This document shows, in pieces, positions 57,120 to 64,000 of a stretch of 64,000 bases of DNA; the first letter of the stretch is position 1; every line of letters starts with the position of its first letter. Below the pieces are notes generated by a model. It had not been told where the DNA came from and did not search any database. It saw only the letters and a program-made list of their open reading frames with translations. Source of the stretch: an uncultured Latescibacterota bacterium (GTDB lineage: Bacteria; Latescibacterota; UBA2968); NCBI GenBank assembly GCA_958295785.1, contig OY282377.1:3418052-3482051 (forward strand), given 5' to 3'. Made by a program: the position numbers and the translations under genes.

Positions 57120-57509
57120 TCACTCCACTATGTTAATCCCCAAATCACGAGCGATTTGTTTCATTCTTTTGTCAAGTGACATGAGGGGTTGGGCCAAGGA
57201 TTTGGCACAGATCAGAAAATACGCATCGTAGGCGTAAATGTTGTGTTCAATAGCCAACTCGAGTGCCTTTTGGATGTCGATGCTGACCAGCCTGACCGGA
57301 ATTAGGTTTGCGGCCTTTTCAGCAACCAAGGCTTCGGCCTTGGAAATTTGTCTGCGCTTGATCATCGCGGAGAGCGCGTTGCCAATTTCATAAGGCAATA
57401 TTTCTGGAGCAATCAACACAGCATCCGATGTGACTTCTATGATGTGTGCTCTTTCCGGCTCGTTCAATACGACCGCGAGGAAGATGTTTGTGTCAGCGAC
57501 CAAATTCAT
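57120..57509 (-). CDS. vapC: PIN-domain (VapC) toxin
   Basis: VADTN, YEIGNA, YDAYFL and SLDK. Confidence 0.9.
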   Translation of the reverse strand: MNLVADTNIFLAVVLNEPERAHIIEVTSDAVLIAPEILPYEIGNALSAMIKRRQISKAEALVAEKAANLIPVRLVSIDIQKALELAIEHNIYAYDAYFLICAKSLAQPLMSLDKRMKQIARDLGINIVE

Positions 57510-57561
57510 ATAAATATACGATCAAAAAGTGGCATAAATAAGACCGGATACAGACGCCAAG

Positions 57562-57616
57562 CTCACAGCGTCACCCCCCATTTTCTCCAAGTGTCCCGCG
57601 ACCTTGTCGCCAAACG
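57562..57616 (-). repeat. hsdM 3'-end repeat, copy 2
   Basis: ~55-bp near-identical copy of 58052-58105. Confidence 0.9.
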
Positions 57617-57619
57617 CCG

Positions 57620-58056
57620 GTCAGTACACTTGGGCGGCAGTTTCACGATGGATTCAACAGACAGCGTCTGCACAATTCCCGACATTTCCGGATCTGCTAG
57701 CTGGGGGGCGGAGGCTCCCTGATGTTACTCAATGTCTCTTCTTGAGGGGCCGTCATCAATTTTGCAGACACCGTCTGCAAAATCTCCGAGTAGCACCTAT
57801 AGAACTTGCACGATAACGCCAAGCTCCGGCTGGAGCAACCTCGTATCGCCAGTTTGGCCGCCAGTCTTTTGATCAGTGCCACGCCATATTCCGCCCTATC
57901 CGCGCCATGCTGTTCATACTCGACGATATACCAGCCGAACAGCCAGTTCCGCACAACGAGTGAGCGATCAATAGCGCGTACCGCCGAGTGTCGTGTTTCC
58001 TCGTGGGTTCGCCGACACAACTCCACGAGATCCTCGAAATCGAATGCTTGACTCAC
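57620..58056 (-). pseudogene. Truncated YhcG/DUF1016 (N-terminal part only)
   Basis: RNWLFGWYIVEYEQHGADRAEYG and ILQTVSAKL; GTG start overlaps the hsdM stop; no nuclease domain. Confidence 0.8.
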
Positions 58057-60472
58057 AGCGTCACCCCCATCTTCTCCAAGTGTCCCGCGACCTTCTCGCC
58101 AAACGTTGCCACCTCTTGCTCCAACGCCGGCAGCGTTTGCGCGTATCGCTCCTCCAATTCCTTCACCCGCCCGGCGAGTTGTTGCGTCAGCCGCTGCACC
58201 TCGCTGTCGATCATGTCCTGGATATTGGCGAACCATTTGTCCTCGATGACCAGCGTCTTGATCTCGTCCTGAGAGAGCGCGGCATAGTGTGCCAACACCT
58301 GCGCGTCCAACTCGGCTTGGGCGTCCCTCACGGCCTTGTCGGATTTGGACTTGGCTTGGAAAAGGGCGAGGCAGTGCTTGAGGGCGGCATGTTCTCGGTC
58401 GCCCTCTAACTCGTCCCGCATGGCCTTGAGCCGGTTGACCACGCCGATTTTGGTGACCGTCCCTTTGTCATTGGCGGCGTCTTCTAACAGACCGCCCTCG
58501 CCGATGTGTTCTTCGATAAATTCCTCCAACGCGCGAGCGGCGTCCTCCTGCTCCATCCGCAACCCCTCGAGGGCGACCTGTTCAGCGGCGAAGTAGCGCG
58601 TCGCGATCAACGCCGGCGGAATCAGATCCATCTTGTACTTCCCGCGCTTGATGGTCAAGTCCGGCGTTTCCTTGATCTTCTTTGCCTTATCCTCGATGAT
58701 CCCGCGAGGCTTGGCCGCCTCGACCCAGCCATCCGCCGCGATGAGATACACATCGTCCTGCATCGTCTCATCCCAATAATTTATCAGACATTGGTACACG
58801 TCGTAGCGGTTGAGCAAGGGGAGATCGGCGAAGCGCGTCAGCAGATCCTCGGACAATTCGTCGATGACCGCCGCGGGACGGGCATTGACCCCAAGTGCCC
58901 AAAGGCGCGGCTCGTGGGCCTCGCGCCAAGCCGTGAAAACAGCCGCAACGCGCGCGCGATAGAACGCGATAGAACTCGAACTCCTCGTGACCGAGAATGA
59001 CGGCCTTCACCCGTGCGGTCTCGACGCGGGCCTCGCTGTAGCCCGCGCAACGCGGGGAAGACCGCCCAGTAATCGCGCAGGGCGTCGAGATCGCGGTCGG
59101 GAATGCCGCCGTTCAAATGCGCGTGGAGATCGTGCCAATCCTCTAACTCGCTGGCGTCGATGTAGCGCGGGATGTTCAAGTTGTAGTCGTTGGCCGGGCT
59201 GGCGACCTCGGCGGCGGACACTATGCGCGCATAGCCCGGCTCCTCGACCTGCCGGTTAAACACATCCACAATCCGGTGAATGTCCTGCGCCCGCAGGCGA
59301 TTCTTGTTGCCATCCTTGAGAAAGCCCCGGCTCGCGTCGATCATAAAAATGCCTTTGCGGGCGTGGGCGTGTTCTTTGTCGATGACCAAAATGCACGCGG
59401 GAATGCCCGTGCCGTAGAACAGATTGGCCGGTAGGCCGATGATGCCCTTGATGAACCCTTGCCCGATGAGATTTTTGCGAATCTCCGCCTCCTTGTTGCC
59501 GCGAAACAACACCCCGTGCGGCAGGATGATCGCCCCCTTGCCCCGGCGCTTGAGCGACTTGACGAGGTGCAGCAGGAAGGCGTAGTCGCCGTTCTTGGCC
59601 GGTGGGATGCCGTACTCAAACCGCCCAAATTCGTCATTTGCCGGATCGAATCCATTGGCCCATGCCTTGGTCGAAAATGGCGGATTGGCGATGGCGAAGT
59701 CAAAGGTCTTGAGGCCGTTGTCCGAGTTCTTGTAATAGGGCGCGGCCAGCGTGTTGCCGCGCCACAACTCGGCGGTCTCGTGCCCGTGCAAGATCATGTT
59801 CATCTGCGCCAAGGCCCAAGTGGCATTGTCCATCTCCTGCCCGTAGATGCTGAGGCCGCGCGGCGCGAGGTCCGCGGCTTTGAGCAACAGGGAGCCGGAA
59901 CCGCACGCGAGGTCGTAAATGGTCTCGTCTTGGCGGGTGTGCGGGCCGATGCCGATCACCTGCGCCATAACGCGCGAGACCTCGGCCGGCGTGTAGAACT
60001 GCCCTTTGGCCTTGCCGGATTCGGTGGCAAAGTGCCGCATCAGGTACTCGTAGGCGTCGCCCAACAGGTCGTCGCCCTCGGCGCGGTTGGCGCGAAAGTC
60101 GAGGCCCTCAAAGATGGCGACCAACTTGGAGAGGCGGTCTTGCATCTCTTTGCCCGCGCCGAGTTTGCTCTCGTCGTTGAAATCGGCCTGATCGATGACG
60201 CCCTTGAGGTCGTTGGCCTCGGCGAGGTGGCCGATGATCTTGTTGATCCGGTCGCCGATCTCCTTGTCGCCCTTGAGCGCGGCCATGTCGGCAAAGCCGC
60301 CGCCAGTGGGCACTTCGATGAGCGAGTCCGGCTTGTCGGCTTTGTCCGAGACGTACTTCATAAACAACAAGGTCAGCACATAGTCCTTGTACTGAGAGGC
60401 GTCCATGCCGCCGCGCAACTCGTCGCAACTTTGCCACAGCGATGCGTAGATTTGGGATTTCTTCAGTGCCAT
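58053..60472 (-). pseudogene. hsdM: Long-form type I HsdM, split after the catalytic domain
   Basis: LWQSCDELRGGMD, GQFYTP, ACGSGSLL, NPPF and YNLNIPRY are intact. The frame breaks near 59043 and at a 10-bp tandem duplication (58956-58975); the C-terminal part is ORF 58053-58856. Confidence 0.85.
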
Positions 60473-60484
60473 TCGCGTCTCACT

Positions 60485-62434
60485 TTATTTTAGCACAAAG
60501 TTAATGTCATCTGCCCATGGATCGATCCGCGTCAGGCGTGCGCTTATGCGATCGCCGGCGCGAACAGGCGATAGCAGGCGCACGTCAATTTGCAGGGCGT
60601 AGTCCAAGACCTCAACCCGAGCGCGTTGATCCCAAACATCTAAAACGAGCCCGTCAAACACTTGTCCTTTGTGTCGTGAGAGATGGTGAAAAATCCAATA
60701 GCGTTCGCGCCGGCGTTCCAAGTTGCCGATCAGGCGGAGCCGCTCTTCGATTTCGGGACACAGTGCGGTCAATGCTTCAAAAGAATAGGGCGGGGCCTCG
60801 TTGCCAATGATCGCGACGAGTTGCCGCTGTGAGACCAGATCGATAAATCGCCGCAGGGGGGAGGTGATCTGGCAATAGGGTTCTACGCCCAACCCGCCGT
60901 GTAAGCCCGGTTTTAATGAAAGGGCCGCAGCGCGCATGCGCGTCAAGACCCGATAGCGGTGCAACAACTCGTTATCCGTGGGTGCTAAATCGGAGAGGTC
61001 AGGCGCGTCTTGGATGCGAAAAATCGCCGGGACATTTTGATCGGCACACAATTTTGCGGCCTCGACATTGGCCTTGATCATCAACTCGCTGACCAGCACA
61101 TCGGCCCTGGAATCGCGCGTTTTGACCGCGATATCCACGCTGCTATCGGGCAAAACCTTCACGCGGCGGGCAACTTGATCAACCGCTATGGCCCCTGATT
61201 CCACGCGCTGGATCAAAAGCGATTCTGCCGCGTCAAACAGGGCGGACAACATCGCGTGCCGCGGGTGTGCCACATCGTCGAGAATCGCGTCTGCATCCTC
61301 ATAACTCAACTTCTCGCAACACCGGATCGCGGAAAGCGTCCATGTTGGGGATTTGACGACGCCATCGCGCCCCACATCCCACAACAGGCTGACGGCCAAC
61401 CGATTTTCATTCGGCAACAGACTGCCCAAATTTCCCGACACCTCCGGCGGCAACATCGGAAAGGTCTTCTCCGGCAAGTACAGACTTGCCCCGCGGCTTC
61501 GGGCGGCTTCGTCCAAGGCAGAACGCGCGGGGATCAGCGCGGCAACATCGGTAATATGCACACCCACTTGAAAGCTGCCATCTTCCCGAAAGCGCGCCGA
61601 TACCGCATCGTCCATATCGGTTGTCGAGGCATCGTCGATGGTCACGGCATCCAAATATGTGAGGTCCGTGCGGCGTGCCAAAAGCGATTCGAGTTGAAGC
61701 GCGCCCGCTTCTTTGATCACCACATCGGGAAAATTGAGATCGAAGTCTTCGCGCATCAACTCGACAAATGCGTGCTGATCCCACACGCCTTCGGCGACGA
61801 TGCGCTCATAAGCCCGCCGCGCAGAGATCGGTTCGCCAGCCATGCGTTCAAGCGTGCGCGCGTACTTGCTCTGTGCGCCGTACAGGGCCACATCCCTCAC
61901 GCGATCAATCCACTCGACCTCTGCACATCCGCCCCGATTGTGAAACCACTTCAAAAACCTCTCGCGCTCGGCCTCTCGCTCTTCGGCGCGGGCAACCATT
62001 TCCAACCTGAGGTCCGCCTCTGCCCGATCAACGGCGCGAAACCCTCGGTCTTCGGCATCGAAATAAACACTTGTTTCCAAAGCGATCAAAAATGCCGACA
62101 TGTGTGCCGATGCGGGCGCGTGGTTGTAATACAATTCGGCCAATTCACTCAAGTGCCAGACCTCATCTTCCTCTGCGACCAGTTCCCAAATTTCACAGAG
62201 GTCGATATCCGCACTCGCGGCCTCGGCGCGAGTGAACCACGCCATGCCGGCGGATTTATCCCGTCCGATATGTCCAGTCGTTTGCAGGATGTTCTCGATG
62301 GGCACATTGAGCGATGTCCGCGCCGATACCGCAAATCTGGCTCGGGTATGCGAGACATTGACACACACGCCCGCTGTCAGTCGATTTCGATAGCGGAACA
62401 AGACAATTTCGTTTTCTTTTGGCACTGTGTTCAT
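60485..62434 (-). CDS. Ribonuclease II/R (RNB domain) exoribonuclease
   Basis: TIDDASTTDMDDA, VHITDV, ELMIKAN and HGGLGVEPYCQITSPLRRFIDL. Confidence 0.9.
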   Translation of the reverse strand: MNTVPKENEIVLFRYRNRLTAGVCVNVSHTRARFAVSARTSLNVPIENILQTTGHIGRDKSAGMAWFTRAEAASADIDLCEIWELVAEEDEVWHLSELAELYYNHAPASAHMSAFLIALETSVYFDAEDRGFRAVDRAEADLRLEMVARAEEREAERERFLKWFHNRGGCAEVEWIDRVRDVALYGAQSKYARTLERMAGEPISARRAYERIVAEGVWDQHAFVELMREDFDLNFPDVVIKEAGALQLESLLARRTDLTYLDAVTIDDASTTDMDDAVSARFREDGSFQVGVHITDVAALIPARSALDEAARSRGASLYLPEKTFPMLPPEVSGNLGSLLPNENRLAVSLLWDVGRDGVVKSPTWTLSAIRCCEKLSYEDADAILDDVAHPRHAMLSALFDAAESLLIQRVESGAIAVDQVARRVKVLPDSSVDIAVKTRDSRADVLVSELMIKANVEAAKLCADQNVPAIFRIQDAPDLSDLAPTDNELLHRYRVLTRMRAAALSLKPGLHGGLGVEPYCQITSPLRRFIDLVSQRQLVAIIGNEAPPYSFEALTALCPEIEERLRLIGNLERRRERYWIFHHLSRHKGQVFDGLVLDVWDQRARVEVLDYALQIDVRLLSPVRAGDRISARLTRIDPWADDINFVLK

Positions 62435-62502
62435 AAGATCATCCGAAAAAACAAAACGGCAGACGAAGTGCAATCCGCCTGCCGCCATGTCGATAGCCAC
62501 CT

Positions 62503-62940
62503 CTAAAGGGTGGATAACAACGCCTCTGGATGCGTGCGGGCATTCACATTGGCGTGTACTCCTGCGATGATACCATCGGGGGCAATGACATAAGTCATGC
62601 GTTTGGCAGCGCGGTCCAATGCCGATTGACACGCGCCATAAGCGAGGCAGATTTCGCGTTCTGTATCGCACAACAGAGGGTAATCAAAATTTTGTGCGTT
62701 GGCAAATTTGGCATTGGCAGCAACACCGTCTGTGCTCACGCCCAGAATTTGCACATTCTCGGCCGCATAGTCGTGGATTCGCGCCTGGAATCCCGCTCCC
62801 TCAGCCGTTCAGCCCCCCGTGCTTGCCCTCGGATAAAACCAGAGCACGACGGTCTTGCCGCGATAATGACTGAGCCTCACCTCATTGCCTGCGTGATCTT
62901 TGACCGAAAAATCAGGCGCAACATCGCCAACAGCGAGCAT
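62503..62940 (-). CDS. bcp: BCP/PrxQ peroxiredoxin, predicted selenoprotein (UGA at codon 44)
   Basis: AGGAGG RBS, MLAVGDVAPDFSVKD...LWFYPRASTGG-UGA-TAEG...ILGVSTD. The frame continues into the 83-aa ORF of the track, giving 145 aa. Confidence 0.85.
62772..62795 (-). promoter_or_regulatory. Candidate bacterial SECIS hairpin
   Basis: CGGGATTC-CAGGCGC-GAATCC(A)CG starts 13 nt after the in-frame UGA at 62809-62811. Confidence 0.6.
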
Positions 62941-63054
62941 AATGCCTCCTCAAAAAAATTGACCTTTCTGCAAACGTTGCCAATATAGGCAAACGGGATG
63001 TGCAAAACCAGTATGAAATCAGCGGTCAGCGGTCAGTCCACCCCGCCAACCCAT

Positions 63055-63096
63055 AAACAATCGCCCTGCCTGCGCTTTCCGGTAGGGCGATTGTTT
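63055..63096. repeat. Intergenic hairpin (terminator or REP-like)
   Basis: AAACAATCGCCCTGCC / GGTAGGGCGATTGTTT inverted repeat. Confidence 0.55.
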
Positions 63097-63146
63097 TGAC
63101 AGACGAAAAGGCGAGCCACCCGTGCGACTGGGGCGTTTTCCGAGAT

Positions 63147-64000
63147 TTAATCCCGAAGGTCCGCGGGGTCGTTGATGCGGGAACCGTTGGGCGCGGGAAC
63201 CCAACCAGATAGGAGGGGATCGTCGGTCGTTTCCATCCATGTTTTGAGGCGATGGCGCATGGCGTTTCGGGCGTGTTGATGGGCCGGGTCAAGGGCGAGG
63301 TTATGCGTTTCAAACGGGTCAAAAATCAGGTCGTAGAGTTGCTCGCGGGGTTGGGTTTTTCGCCGCCATCCCCGTTCGAGAAAATAGGATTTGCTCGGGC
63401 TGCCATCGCAGTTGATGTCGCCCGGGCGCGCTGTGGGGTACCAGTGGCGGATGTATTTCCACTTTTTTGTGCGAACTGCGCGTTGTGGGTCGCAATAGCT
63501 GTGGTAGTTGATTTCCGCAAAAATTTCTTCGTGGATCTCATCCGCTTCGCCGCGCACGAGTGGCAAAATGGATTTGCCTTGCAGCCAGTCGGGATGGTCG
63601 ATGCCTATCGCGTCGCACAAGGTGGGAAAAAGGTCGATTTGCGAAACCATGCCGTCGATCACTTTGCCGCCCGAAAAACCCGGCCCGCGCATAATGAGCA
63701 ACACCCCGATGCCGTGATCCGTGAGATTGCACTTCATCATGGGAAACGCAATGCCGTGATCCGTGGTGCTGATGACGAGGGTATTGTCCGCAAGCCCGGC
63801 CCGGTCTATGGCGTTGAGCACGCGCCCTATTTCGGTATCGAGGATGCGAACGCAGGTCTTGTATGCCGCGGTATCGAAGCGCGTTTCCGGCGTATCGGGC
63901 AACGGCGCGGGGGGCATGCAATAGCGCGGGTCGTCTTCGGGACGCGGTTCGGGAAAACTGCGATGGGTAACGGTGTATCCAACATCGAGAAAAAAGGGCT
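63147..64000 (-). CDS. Sulfatase, 3' part (runs off the window)
   Basis: TTDHG, VSQIDLFPT, QGKS and QLYDLIFDPFETHNLA; frame open to the window edge. Confidence 0.85.
   Translation of the reverse strand, partial: PFFLDVGYTVTHRSFPEPRPEDDPRYCMPPAPLPDTPETRFDTAAYKTCVRILDTEIGRVLNAIDRAGLADNTLVISTTDHGIAFPMMKCNLTDHGIGVLLIMRGPGFSGGKVIDGMVSQIDLFPTLCDAIGIDHPDWLQGKSILPLVRGEADEIHEEIFAEINYHSYCDPQRAVRTKKWKYIRHWYPTARPGDINCDGSPSKSYFLERGWRRKTQPREQLYDLIFDPFETHNLALDPAHQHARNAMRHRLKTWMETTDDPLLSGWVPAPNGSRINDPADLRD

Noticed and set aside
62435-62671. 79-aa N-terminal extension of the RNase II/R ORF
   Set aside because: Overlaps the peroxiredoxin gene in another frame; a start near 62434 is more plausible.

Overview
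A moderately GC-rich bacterial chromosome segment. It carries several PhyH dioxygenases, sulfatases, a GH32, iolD and a cohesin/EF-hand secreted protein, which resembles sponge-symbiont or Latescibacterota/Gemmatimonadota-type genomes (inference only). Housekeeping and catabolic genes (iolD, rnhA, dppBC, aroA, RNase II/R, two tRNA-Val) are interleaved with a dense set of defence loci. These are an IS630-truncated C5-MTase with a PstI/BsuBI-family REase, an intact type III R-M, a decayed type I R-M locus, a NotI-family REase/MTase pair, a PRTase-SLOG pair, and a second type I R-M locus full of cargo genes. Main observations: (1) a two-gene STAND-like ATPase module whose large subunit has 13 near-identical 43-aa TPR-like repeats that vary at one-face helical positions, downstream of a duplicated palindromic operator; (2) in both type I R-M loci, TA and YhcG cassettes are bracketed by duplicated hsd 3' ends, suggesting cassette capture or shuffling; (3) a peroxiredoxin missed by the ORF track, with in-frame UGA at the peroxidatic Cys and a SECIS-like hairpin; (4) a ~480-bp non-coding TIR element in two diverged copies with covarying stems; (5) an orphan Phd gene with a palindromic operator heading an MTase; (6) apparent avoidance of CTGCAG. 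All family assignments come from motif recognition by eye, not from database searches.
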